Below are positions 10,606 to 21,390 of a DNA stretch of 37,943 nt, one piece after another. The stretch spans positions 1 through 37,943 of the forward strand of contig NW_021832332.1 of NCBI RefSeq assembly GCF_006345805.1, read 5' to 3'. Source of the DNA: Octopus sinensis (Eukaryota). A program made the position numbers and the translations under genes. Every line of letters starts with the position of its first letter. Positions within the stretch are counted from its first letter, which is position 1. The notes beneath the pieces were generated by a model. The model ran no database searches. It was not told the DNA's origin and saw only the letters and a list, made by a program, of their open reading frames with translations.

Positions 10606-10939
10606 GAAACTGAAAATAGGTGTGTAAAGAAAAGAATGCATGGTCAATTTCAGAGGGATGTTGAAGAAAGACAGAGAAAAAGATGGCTGTGGATGACTAA
10701 AAGTGATTTAAAGGTCGCAGTAGTACCAATAATTTCCGGAACAGTGAGCAAAAATCTCGAGAAGTACGTGGACAAATAGGGGCTGTAATATGGGTGGAAC
10801 ACTTGCAGAAAACAGCACTGCTTGGAACCGCTCGAATATTCCGGAAGGTGCTAAATAAATAAGAGGTGTAACCTTAGTTCACTGGTAGTGAACAGCTGAC
10901 ATAGTAGTACATCTCCAGCGTTAGAAGCTATGCAAAGGC
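10606..10939 (+). pseudogene. Internally deleted 3' fragment of an R4/Dong-clade non-LTR retrotransposon embedded in (TAA)n
   Basis: KKRMHGQFQRDVEE...WLWMTKSDLK is fused to VVPII.GTVSKNLEKYV. After a frameshift it reads QIGAVIWVEHLQKTALLGTARIFRKVL* (stop 10860-10862), then a short 3' UTR and (TAA)n. Clade assigned from remembered MHGQ and LQKxxLLGTARIxRKVL motifs. Confidence 0.7.
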
Positions 10940-10949
10940 AATAATAATG

Positions 10950-11022
<73 letters not shown>

Positions 11023-11089
11023 TAATAATGATATTAATAATATCGAAAAATACCTTAGGAATGAGAACCCAGGTTCGAAATTTCCCCAA

Positions 11090-11135
11090 GACACCTGATG
11101 AAGACTGGAAGGTGTATCAACCGAAACGTTATGTT
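11090..11135 (+). ncRNA. H1 hammerhead motif, tandem copy 1 (stems degenerate)
   Basis: gacac CTGATGA a gactggaaggtgtatcaacc GAAA C GTT atgtt. Core is intact; two stem II mismatches and a mismatch at the 1.1/2.1 pair. Confidence 0.65.
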
Positions 11136-11251
11136 ATGTTAATAATAATAATAATAATAATATTAATAGTAATAATAATAATGATAATAATGATATTAAT
11201 AATATCGAAAAATACCTTAGGAATGAGAACCCAGGTTCGAAATTTCCCCAA

Positions 11252-11297
11252 GACACCTGATGAAGACTGGAAGGTGTATCAACCGAAACGTTATGTT
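11252..11297 (+). ncRNA. H1 hammerhead motif, tandem copy 2
   Basis: Identical to copy 1, 162 bp downstream. Confidence 0.65.
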
Positions 11298-11324
11298 ATG
11301 TTAATAATAATAATAATAATATTA

Positions 11325-11374
<50 letters not shown>

Positions 11375-11438
11375 TAATATAATATATAATATCGAAAAAT
11401 ACCTTAGGAATGAGAACCCAGGTTCGAAATTTCCCCAA

Positions 11439-11487
11439 GACACCTGATGAAGACTGGGGTGGGGGGTATCAGCCGAAACGTTATGTT
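11439..11487 (+). ncRNA. H1 hammerhead motif, tandem copy 3
   Basis: gacac CTGATGA a gactggggtggggggtatcagcc GAAA C GTT atgtt, followed by the full 3' tail to 11544. Confidence 0.65.
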
Positions 11488-11788
11488 AACCACAAAGAAG
11501 ATGAGGACAAATATCCGTCAAATGTAAATCATGTAAATAATGTAATCCGTTTTCCATTTACGTAGTTTTACTCGGAGGATTTAGGTCGACCTGAGGCCGT
11601 AGTTAACCCATTCTTGCCAGTTAGAGACTCGAAATCGGGCTCTCATTATGCGAAAGCGGATCTTTTACACTTTCACTCAGCCTTATCTACTTCCCTCAAG
11701 CTCGCAAATATACACGCACTGGCACACCTACACACAAGCACACATACACACACAAGCATTAACGGACACAAACAAGCACTCATATGAT

Positions 11789-12119
11789 GATGGAAGCACT
11801 CCGTCGGTTACGACGACGAGGGTTCCGGTTGATCCGAATCAACGGAACAGCCTGCTCGTGAAATTAACGTGGCTGAGCACTCCACAGACACGGCCCTTTG
11901 AAATACAAGGTACAACAGAAACAGGAATCAAGAAGTAAGAGTGAGAGAAAGTTGTGGTGAAAGAGTACAGCAGGATCACCACCATCCCCTGCCGGAGCCT
12001 CGTGGAGCTTTTAGGTGTTTTCGCTCAATAAACACTCACAACGCCCGGTCTGGGAATCGAAACCGCGATCCTATGACCGCGAGTCTGCTGCCCTAACCAC
12101 TGGGCCATTGCACCTCCAC
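11789..12119 (-). mobile_element. SINE family C with tail X
   Basis: Reverse complement of the 12498-12885 type. Confidence 0.9.
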
Positions 12120-12497
12120 TAGGCACTCATATACAAGCCTATGACAGGCACACAGATAAACAAACAAAGACTCGTAGAGAAGTGAACTGAAGGTAGAGAG
12201 AAGCAGTTTAATAGAGATTTTCTTTCTTAAATGCCAAGTTTCTAAAAAACAAAAAAAAAAGTTTAATTTCCGCTCATAAGTTTTATTTGATAGACTGTCT
12301 ATAACGGTTGTAAAATGGATTACACTGAAGTATGTGACACCTACGTCTCTGGAGAGCATATCTGCTCATCAGGTTTCAACATTTCTCCTGGAATAATCTA
12401 AATAAATAAATAGATATATATCAAGGAAGCTCATTTGTTTTAATACAAACTTTCACTAATTGTTGTTGCTTTCTGCTTTAGCTGTAATTGTTTTATT

Positions 12498-12885
12498 GTG
12501 GAGGCGCAATGGCCCAGTGGTTAGGGCAGCGGACTCGCGGTCATAGGATCACGGTTTCGATTCCCAAACCGGGCGTTGTGAGTGTTTATTGATCGAAAAC
12601 ACCTAAAGCTCCACGCGGCTCCGGCAGGGGATGGTGGTGATCCCTGCTGTACTCTTTCACCACAACTTTCTCTCACTCTTACTTTCTGTTTCTGTTGTAC
12701 CTGTATTTCAAAGGGCCGGCCTTGTCACTCTCTGTGTCACGCTGAATATCCCCGAGAACTACGTTATGGGTACACGTGTCTGTGGAGTGCTCAGCTACTT
12801 ACACGTTAATTTCACGAGCAGACTGTTCCGTTGATTCGGATCAACCGGAACCCTCGTCGTCGTAACCGACGGAGTGCTTCCATCC
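12498..12885 (+). mobile_element. SINE family C with tail X, full length, 12-bp TSD
   Basis: tRNA-like head with A-box TGGCCCAGTGG and B-box GTTTCGATTCC. TSD AATTGTTTTATT at 12486-12497 and 12886-12897. Confidence 0.95.
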
Positions 12886-12997
12886 AATTGTTTTATTTGT
12901 TGTAACTGTTGATTCTTATGATTGTTTTGCTCCAGGTCAGCTCTATTCTAGCAAACCTAAGATCGTAGACATTCAGCCGTGACAAACCAATTTTTTT

Positions 12998-13167
12998 AGG
13001 CGCTAGAGTGGCTGTGCGGTAAGTAGGTTGCTTACCAACCACATGGTTCCGAGTTCAGTCCCACTGCGTGGCACCTTGGTCAAGTGTCTTCTGCTATAGC
13101 CTTGGCCCGACCAAAGCCTTGTGAGTGGATTTGGTAGACGGAAACTGAAAGAAGCCCGTCGTATATA

Positions 13168-13210
<43 letters not shown>

Positions 13211-13388
13211 GTGTGAATATGTTTGAGTGTCTGTGTTTGTGCCCCCAACATCGCTTATCGGCAAAAGAGACCGATGGAATAAGTACTAGGCTTCCGAAGA
13301 ATAAGTTCTGGTGTCGATTTGATCGACTAAAGGCGATGCCCCAGTATGGCCGCAGTCAAATGACTGAAACAAGTAAAAGAGTAAAAGA
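12998..13388 (+). mobile_element. SINE family B (CORE-like centre, internal (TA)n(TG)n)
   Basis: aggcgc..gtggctgtg.ggtaagtag...ggcaccttgg.caagtgtcttct...aagtaaaagagtaaaaga. Confidence 0.9.
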
Positions 13389-13625
13389 ATGTAAAGAACC
13401 CACATTTACCAACGTGCGTTTGTTTTTAGTAAATCGTTAAGGTTGTGATTTGCGGTATATTTGGTTCTTATTTCTAGTAGGTCAAACGACCACAATGTCT
13501 ACCGCTGGTAAAAGTTATGTTCCTATCCACAAGTCAGTGTTCTATGATCAGAAGTTCTATGATCAGTAAACGTTCCATTCGTGACAAACCTGATGTATTA
13601 ATATAATATATATATATAGTAATAT

Positions 13626-13851
13626 GGCGGCGAGCTGGCAGAAACGGTAGCACGCCGGGCGAAATGCTTAGCGGTATTTCGTCTGCCGTTATGTTCTGAG
13701 TTCAAATTCCGCGGAGGTCGACTTTGCCTTTCATCCTTTCGGGGTCGATAAATAAAGTACCAGTTAATCACTGGTGTCGATGTAATCGACTTAATCGGTT
13801 TGTCTGCCCTTGTTTGTCCCCCCTATGTTTAGCCCCTTATAGGTAATAAAG
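13626..13851 (+). mobile_element. SINE family A, full length, tail 1
   Basis: ggcggcgagctggcagaaacg...gagttcaaattcc...gtcgactttgcctttcatcctttcggggtcgataa...aaagaaat. Confidence 0.9.
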
Positions 13852-13875
13852 AAATATATATATATATACACATAC

Positions 13876-14035
13876 ACAACTTATAAATAAGGGCAACCGA
13901 AAAAATTTCTAATGCCAAATATGTGGAAAATTGGACATATTGTCCATTTACCATATAATTATACGGTAAATGGACAATATGTCCAATTTTCGGCATATTT
14001 GGCATTAGAAACTTTTGCCCTTATTTATAAGTTGT
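13876..14035. repeat. Near-perfect 160-bp palindrome
   Basis: acaacttataaataagggcaa...ttggacatattgtccatttacc pairs with ggtaaatggacaatatgtccaa...ttgcccttatttataagttgt. Centre aatt at about 13957-13960. Confidence 0.9.
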
Positions 14036-14564
14036 TTACAATTTAAACTTTAAAGGTATTTTTTTAATATGCTGGCCATTGATAAAATTTTTTCGAAAAA
14101 AAAAATGATCTTACATTAGATATATATATAGTAATTAGATTTCCTGATGTAACCTTATAATTTTTCTTAAGACAGCAAGCTTGTGAAGTGAGGGAGATTT
14201 GTCTGATATTTCTAACAGACTGACCGATCACGTGAGGAGTTTCTTCGCAGACATATTAACCCATACATGATTATTGTTGTTTTTTTATCCACACTTTTGT
14301 TTTGATTGGACATACATTCAATGGTTTCTCCAACCGTAACCACCCCGAATTTTTTTTTTCCTACACAACAATATGTCCTTCAAACATTACAGAAATAGGG
14401 CCTTTTCTTCGGTTTTTTGTATGACAGGGTCCACATCGTCTGACATCGTTTTGTTACAGCACGCTGTGATTTGTGGGAGATAGACATCTATATCTAGCAG
14501 GTCAAGTGACCATACCAAGGCTCCCTTTAACAACACTTTAGTCTGGAAAAGCAACATTCTATCT

Positions 14565-14955
14565 CTCTTTTTACTCTTTTACCTGTTTCAGTCATTTGAC
14601 TGCGGCCATGCTGGAGCACCGCCTTTAGTCGAGCAAAACGACCCCGGGACTTATTCTTTGTAAGCCCAGTACTTATTCTATCGGTCTCTTTTGCCGAACC
14701 GCTAAGTGACGGGGACGTAAACACACCAGCATCGGTTGTCAAGCAATGCTAGGGGGACAAACACAGACACACAAACACACACACACATACATATATATAC
14801 ATATATACAACAGGCTTCTTTCAGTTTCCGTCTACCAAATCCACTCACAAGGCATTGGTCAGCCCGGGGCTATAGCAGAAGACACTTGCCCAAGATGCCA
14901 CGCAGTGGGACTGAACCCGGAACCATGTGGTTGGTTAGCAAGCTACTTACCACAC
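14565..14955 (-). mobile_element. SINE family B
   Basis: Reverse complement of the 21391-21803 type. Confidence 0.9.
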
Positions 14956-15796
14956 GTCGATTTTCGTCTTTTTTTTTACTATTTCTCTTTTCTTTATTCT
15001 TTTGTTTCTTTTACCATTTCTTCATTAAATCGTTAACTTGGCTAGTTTTTTGTCCTCTGGTTCTAGGCTATATATCTGGTGCTCCTTTATCAGCTACACT
15101 CTCAACCACATGCTAGATTCGTTAGAGTGATTGGCCGTGAAATATTCGGGTAATTAACAAGTAAATTATAGCATATTGAATGACGTGTCACTCACTCTAC
15201 AGTACATCTGCACTTAGTTATATCTCGAATAGGATCAAGTCGGGTACTGCGTGCATGACTTCGTATTTTTTTTTCTTTATACTTCACAGTATATACGATT
15301 TTTTTTTCTGCTGCCCGTTTTCTCTTTCTTTATCTCTCTTTCCCACATCTCTCTCTCTCTCTCTCCCCCTCTCTCTCTCCCTCTCTCTCTCATCTCTATC
15401 CCTTTCTCTTACTCGTTGACTCTCTGTCTCTCCTAATCTATCGTAATCTGATCGCTAGATTTAAAAGAAGAAAAAAAACCCGACAATAATCACATAAAAC
15501 TGACAAAATAAAATAAAATAAAATAAAATAATGGCAGCTACGAAAGTCGTGAGTAAAAATTGAGGCTTGAAGTCTTAAGTAAACAGAAATACGTATCTTG
15601 ACAAGAGGTTCGCAGTAATATCCGTGACCGAATGAAGGAAAATCAAGAGAGAAATTGAGAAAAATAAACAAACAAGCAATAACAATCCACCATTAGCGTG
15701 TTGCCGTATCTGATTCGCCATTGCACTTCTAAGCGATGAAATCTTACATTAAAATTTGAGCCAAGGTTTATATCGGAAGTAGAAAAGTGGTTGAAA

Positions 15797-16378
15797 AGGC
15801 GGCGAGCTGGCAGAAACGTTAGCACGCCGGGCGAAATGCTTAGCGATATTTCGTCTGCCGCTACGTTCTGAGTTCAAATTCCACTGAGGTCGACTTTGCC
15901 TTTCATCCTTTCGGGGTCGATAAATTAAGTACCAGTTACGCACTGGAGTCGATGTAATCGACTTAATCCGTTTGTCTGTCCTTGTTTGTCTCTTCTGTGT
16001 GTAGCCCCTTGTGGATAGTAAAGAAATAGGTATTTCGTCTGCCGTTACGTTCTGAGTTCAAATTCCGCCGTGGTCGACTTTGCCTTTCATTCTTTCGGGG
16101 TCGATAAATTAAGTACCAGTTACGCACTGGTGTCTATGTAATCGACTTAATCCCTTTGTCTGTCCTTGTTTGTCTCCTCTATGTTTAGCTCCTTGTGGGC
16201 AATAAAGAAATAAGTATTTCGTCTGCCGCTACGTTCTGAGTTCAAATTCCGCCGATGTCGACTTTGGCTTTCCTCCTTACGGGCTCGATAAATTAAGTAT
16301 CAGTTGCGCACTGCGGTCGATCTAATCGGCAGGCCCCTCCCCAGAAATTTTGGGCCTTGTGGCTAGAGTAGAACAAGA
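15797..16378 (+). mobile_element. SINE family A trimer (one full copy plus two head-truncated copies)
   Basis: Units at 15797-16029, 16030-16213 and 16214-16378. Units 2 and 3 start at gtatttcgtctgcc; unit 3 has tail 2. Confidence 0.9.
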
Positions 16379-16551
16379 AAAAAATAAAGGCTGTAAATCA
16401 TCGATGTTAGTTGCTTAAAATGACAAAAAGGAACTTTGGCCTTTGAAAAGAAATACTAGCGGGATATTCTTTACACTCCATATAGAGATTTAGGAACAAA
16501 TGAAAGTGTTAGAAGAGAAAACTGTGAACCATGAACGATGGATCTCTTCTG

Positions 16552-16700
16552 TTAATTGACAAAAGGGAGAAGGCGAAAAGGTTTCATGTCATGTGATACC
16601 ATGACATATTACAATTAGAGAAGACGGCGATGCATGAGCAAATCTCCGGTAGAAAGAAGACGAAGGAAATGGTTGAATAACATCAAGACATAAACAGGAA
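16552..16700 (+). pseudogene. RTE-clade LINE RT C-terminal remnant
   Basis: LIDKREKAKRFHVM*YHDILQLEKTAMHEQISGRK...KWLNNIK resembles the RTE GHVMR..LEK.IM.G...G.R.RGR..KW.D.IK motif. Recognised from memory. Confidence 0.5.
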
Positions 16701-16946
16701 GGAAGTTGCCGGGAAACAAGAAGTTAACGGGAAAATTGGAGGGGAGATGTTATTGTTTATATATATGTTTATATATATATGCGTGTGTGTAGGCATGTGT
16801 GTGAGAGTAAGAGTGATACAGAGGGGGGGAGAGAGAATTTGTGTATGTATGTATGTATGTATGTATGTATGTATATGTGTATGTGTTACAATGTCTTTGA
16901 GTGATTGTCTGTATGTGCAAGCATCTATCATTAGTTGACGAAAGCT

Positions 16947-17770
16947 AAGGCGGCGAGCTGGCAGAAACTTTCTGAGTTCAAATTCCGCCGAGGTCGACTT
17001 TGCCTTTCATCCTTTCGGGGTCGATAAATTAAGTACCAGTTACGCACTGGGGTCGATGTAATCGACTTAATCCGTTTGTCTGTCCTTGTTTGTCCTCTCT
17101 GTGTTTAGCCCCTTGTGGGTATTTCATCTACCGCTACGTTCAGAGTTCAGGCTCCGCCGAGGTTGACTTTGCCTATCATTCTTTCGAGGTCGATTAAATA
17201 AGTACTAGTTACGCACTGGTGTCGTTGTAATCGACTGAAGACCTTTATCTGTCCTTGTGTGCCTTTTCTATGTTTAGGCCCTTGTGGGTAATAAAGAAAT
17301 AAAATTATTTGACGACAGCTAAGCGGCGGGCTGGCAGAATCATTAGCACGTTGGGCGAAATACTTAGCGGTATTTCGTCTGCTGTTACGTTCTGAGTTCA
17401 GACTCCACCGAGGTCGACTTTGGTTTTCATTCTTTCGGGGTGGATTAAATAAGTACTAGTTACGAACTGGGGTAGATGTAATCGACTGAAGCCTTTTGCC
17501 TGTCCTTGTTTGTCTCCTCTATGTTAAGCAACCTGTGCGCAATAAAGAAATAAAAATTATTTGACGTCAGCTAAGGCGGCGGGCTGGCAGATTCATTAGC
17601 ACTTTGGGCGAAATACTTAGCAGTATTTCGCCTGAGTTCAAATTCCGCCGAGGTCGACTTTGCCTTTCATTCTTTCGGCGTCGATAAATTAATTACCAGT
17701 TGTATACTGGGGTCGATGTAATCGATTGCTCCCACACAAATTTCAGGCCTTATGCCTATTGTAGAAAGGA
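16947..17770 (+). mobile_element. SINE family A tetramer
   Basis: Units at 16947-17118, 17119-17301, 17321-17551 and 17573-17770 (the last has tail 2). Confidence 0.9.
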
Positions 17771-17879
17771 TTATTTAACGACAACTATAGTTGTTTTTGC
17801 TGTTGCTGGGCCCCAGGTGAGTCTTATCGAAGCAAACTTTTGACTAAAATCATTTCGATCGCATACAAATGGTTGCAGC

Positions 17880-18341
17880 AAGTTTTCAGTTCTTTTGCCA
17901 GTTCTAGGTTTTACATGGTTCTTTCTTAATGACAGTCTTTAATTGGCAACCAGTATCAGATTGGCGTCTACTACGCTCACGATCTTCGAGGCTCAAGTCT
18001 TCACTGCGAAATCATTTAAAGCATTTTCGAGCTGACCACCCACTGGTCATTTCCTCACCAAACGTTTCGTTGATATCGCGAGCAGTTTCAGCTGCTTTAC
18101 GTCCTTCTTTGAAGTTGAATATCAAAGTTGCTCGAATATCCGGCTTTTACAGTTCCATTTCAGATGGTTGTAACAACAGTGTAAAATATGAATGTTAATT
18201 TATTGATGCATTTGGGCAAGTCTATGTCTGCATTTTCAGAAAATTGCAAAAAAAAAACCGCTTAAAATATTCAAACGCCTGCGAAAATTCGGTACAAATT
18301 CTTCATGTTTCAAAATATTTCTTACTTTTAACTCAACGTGA
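17880..18341 (-). mobile_element. Mariner (Mos1/Hsmar-like) 5' fragment; transposase pseudogene
   Basis: ATG at 18157 begins MEL*KPDIRATLIFNFKEGRKAAETARDINETFGEEMTS...FRSEDLSLEDRERSRR. TIR-like end next to TA at about 18341. Confidence 0.8.
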
Positions 18342-18381
18342 TATATATATTTATATATATATGGTGTGTGTGTGTTTGTGC

Positions 18382-18428
<47 letters not shown>

Positions 18429-18473
18429 TGTGCATGCGTGTGTGCAGGGTGTATATATATATATGAGAGGGAG

Positions 18474-18521
<48 letters not shown>

Positions 18522-18687
18522 TATATATATGTATGTATGTATGTATATATATATGTATGTGTGTTTATGCAGGCATGTGATGTGTGTGTATATATATTGT
18601 GTATAACTACAAATATAACATAATGTAATAAATATATAATATACAAGCACACACACACGCACATAAAATAAATAAATAAATAAATAA

Positions 18688-18934
18688 ATGCGCCCTTTTA
18701 AAGCCTAGCCAGGCTCATGGGCCCGGTTTCCCGGTTTCTATGGCGTATGTGTTCCCCAGCTGGACGGGACGCCAGTCCACGGCAGTGTTACTCATTTTTG
18801 CCAGCTGAGTGGACTGGAGCAACGTGAAATGAAGTGTTTTTCGCTCAAGAGCACAACGCGATGCCCGGTCCAGGAATCGAAACCACAATCTTACGATCAT
18901 GATGCTGACACTCTAACCACTAAACCACGCGCCT

Positions 18935-18938
<4 letters not shown>
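18688..18938 (-). mobile_element. SINE family D (CORE-like) with tail Y
   Basis: Head gtggaggcgcgtggtttagtggttagag...ggtttcgattcc, body gtgctcttgagcgaaaacacttc...ccactcagctggcaaaaatgag. Confidence 0.9.
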
Positions 18939-18973
<35 letters not shown>

Positions 18974-20149
18974 CACATATATGAAAGAGAGCGATATACA
19001 TATATCATATGTGCGTACGTATGCTAATGCATGGGTACAGGGTTGATGTTTTAATTACGTAGCGTTACAACAATGAACGTGCACTTAACCATATTCGTAT
19101 AATTCATAGACTGTATGTGTTGACTGTGAGTAGCATCATTGGGTGTCATAATTATGAAGTCACACACACACACACACACAAGTATACATATATACAGGAA
19201 CTCTCTCCCGAATACTATAAACAATAACACCCTTTCTTTCGCGTTACATTTCGAAGAGGGGACGTCGAACTTCAATTACAGCTGCACAGCTATAATCTCC
19301 TCCTCCTCCTCCTCCTCCTCCACCTCCCCTCCTATTCCCCCCCTCCTCCACCTACTCCTACTCCTACTCTACTCCTACTCCACCTCTCCACAGACATTTT
19401 ATACCAGTCGTTAATGAACGTTAATTTGCACACACGAAACCCTCCTCTACCTTTAGAAATCGTCACACAATACTAAATGTGTCTTCATTGACTACAATTT
19501 AAGGCGACATCTTGAATGAGATAACAACGACGGAGAAATTGCGCTGGTTGTAACACAATATGCTACTAAGATCTAATCAACATTGGCACCGTTGTTATAT
19601 TCGCTTTTTCTCTCTCTCCCCTTTTTTGCAGAGCTTCTAGTATTTCTCCAATTTCTGTGGTGAATGAACACTGCCGACTCGTGATAAACCTTCGGGGGAA
19701 AGTCATTCTTAAATCAATTTCGAGTTTTTATTTTATTTTATTTTATTTTATTTTATTTCATTGTATTTTGTTCCATTTGTTTTTGTGATTTATTAAAAGC
19801 AATTTGACACCCGTTTAAGTATTAAGGTGCTACGGATAGTTCTGATTGCCATTATGATTATTGGTGCTGTTGTTGTTGTTATTGTTGTTGTTGTCGTTGT
19901 TGTTTTTTGACTCTTGGTCAGTTTCGATTGAGCATGCATATGACAAAACTTGTTCCACCCGTGCCCGTCCCTTCTTCTTCGCTACAGTCACAATAGAATA
20001 CGTGGAGGTGCACCAGCTAACATGATTTTCCATCTTTTTGCTGAGATTCGTCGTGAGGGTGATAATGGCTGCTATTTCTGCAGAGTAGATTGACCATGTA
20101 GAGAATTCTTCGCATAACGATAATTCTGTCGTTCTTTAATTCTTCTTCT

Positions 20150-20790
20150 GTTATTGTTGTTGTTGTTGTTCTTCTTCTTCTTCTTCGTCGTCTTCTCTCC
20201 TTCTTCTTCTGTCTTCTTCTCCTTCTGTTCTTCTTCTTCTCCTTCTTCTTCTTCTTCTTCTTCTCTTCTTTTTCTTCCTCTTCTCTCCTTATTCTCTTCT
20301 TCTCCTCTTCTTCTTCCTTTCTCCTTCTTCTTCTCCTTCTTCTTCTTCTTTTTTTTCGTTCCTTTCTTCTCTTCTTCCTTCTTCTTCTCCTTCCTTCTTC
20401 TTCTTCTTCTTCTTTTTCTTCTCTTCTCCTTCCCTTCTCTCTCTTCTTCTTCTTCTTCTTCTCCTTTCTTTCTCTTCTCCTTCTCCTCTTCTCCTCTTCT
20501 CTTCTTCTCTCCTCCTCCTTCTCCTTCCTTTCTCCTCTCTTCTCCTTCTTCTCCTCCTCCTCCTCCTCTCCTCCTCCTCATCTCCTTCTTTCTTCTTCTT
20601 CTTCTTCTTTCTTTTCTTCCTTCTCTCTCTCTCCTTCTCTCCTTCTCCTTCTCCTCCTTCTTCTTCTTCTTCTTCTTCTTCTCCTCCTCCTCCTCCTCCT
20701 CCTTCTTCTTCTTCTTCTTCTTCTTCTCCTCCTCCTCCTCCTCTTCTTCTCCTTCTTCTCCTCCTCCTCTTCCTCCTTCTTATTCTTCTT
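20150..20790. repeat. (CTT)n/(CCT)n polypyrimidine low-complexity block
   Basis: Direct reading of the sequence. Confidence 0.95.
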
Positions 20791-21072
20791 CCAATCAGGA
20801 CTCACGCCATTAGCCACAAAGAATAATCTCTAATTCGAGCCTACTCTAAGCTACTAAGAATGCGTGTGGCAACTTGGAAGATCCACCCACCACACGCGAT
20901 AGACTGGCGTTTGCACGGGCGAAAGCTACGTTGTTGTCCTCATTCCGTAAACGGTGGCTTTTAACGGGTGGAGAGCTGAACCATCCTGGGGTACAGAGGA
21001 TTCGCAATCTAGACTAGGGTCTGAAAGTTTACCACACCATAGTGGGTTACACCATGGTTACTCTTCTTTGTG

Positions 21073-21256
21073 ACAGAAGTAGGAAGAAAGAGTGAGAGAA
21101 AGTAATGGTGAAAGAATACAGTGGTGTTCACAACCGACTCGTGGAGATTTGGTGATTTTGCTCAATAAACACTCACAATGCCTGGGCTGGGAATCGAAAT
21201 CGCGTTCTTACGACCGCGAGTCCGCTGCCCTAATAATTGGGCCATTGCGCCTCCAC
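21073..21256 (-). mobile_element. SINE family C head and body without a recognisable tail
   Basis: Aligns to 11935-12119. Confidence 0.8.
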
Positions 21257-21390
21257 TGTTGTTGCTGTTGCTGTTTAGTCGCAAACAAGTTTGCTCAAGC
21301 AGTGCTGTAATCAAAAGTGTTCCAACTGCGGCCACCTCGTCTTTTTGCTTATCATTGTATCATAATTTATATAATTATATATATATATAT

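Noticed and set aside
11041-11487. Repeat-spacer-repeat pattern as a CRISPR array
   Set aside because: Repeats are about 95 bp, spacers are (TAA)n microsatellite, there are no cas genes, and the context is eukaryotic.
12330-12378. CTGATGAG...GAGACGTA on the minus strand as a hammerhead
   Set aside because: GAAA is replaced by GAGA, stem II does not close next to it, and stem I is mostly mismatched.
12498-12575. tRNA-like sequences at SINE heads as true tRNA genes
   Set aside because: They have A/B boxes but no complete acceptor stem, and they continue into shared SINE bodies in many diverged copies.
19600-20135. Strong polypyrimidine acceptor at about 19630 and an open frame of about 75 codons on the minus strand at 19905-20130
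   Set aside because: No matching donor, no recognisable protein similarity, and the two signals are on opposite strands.
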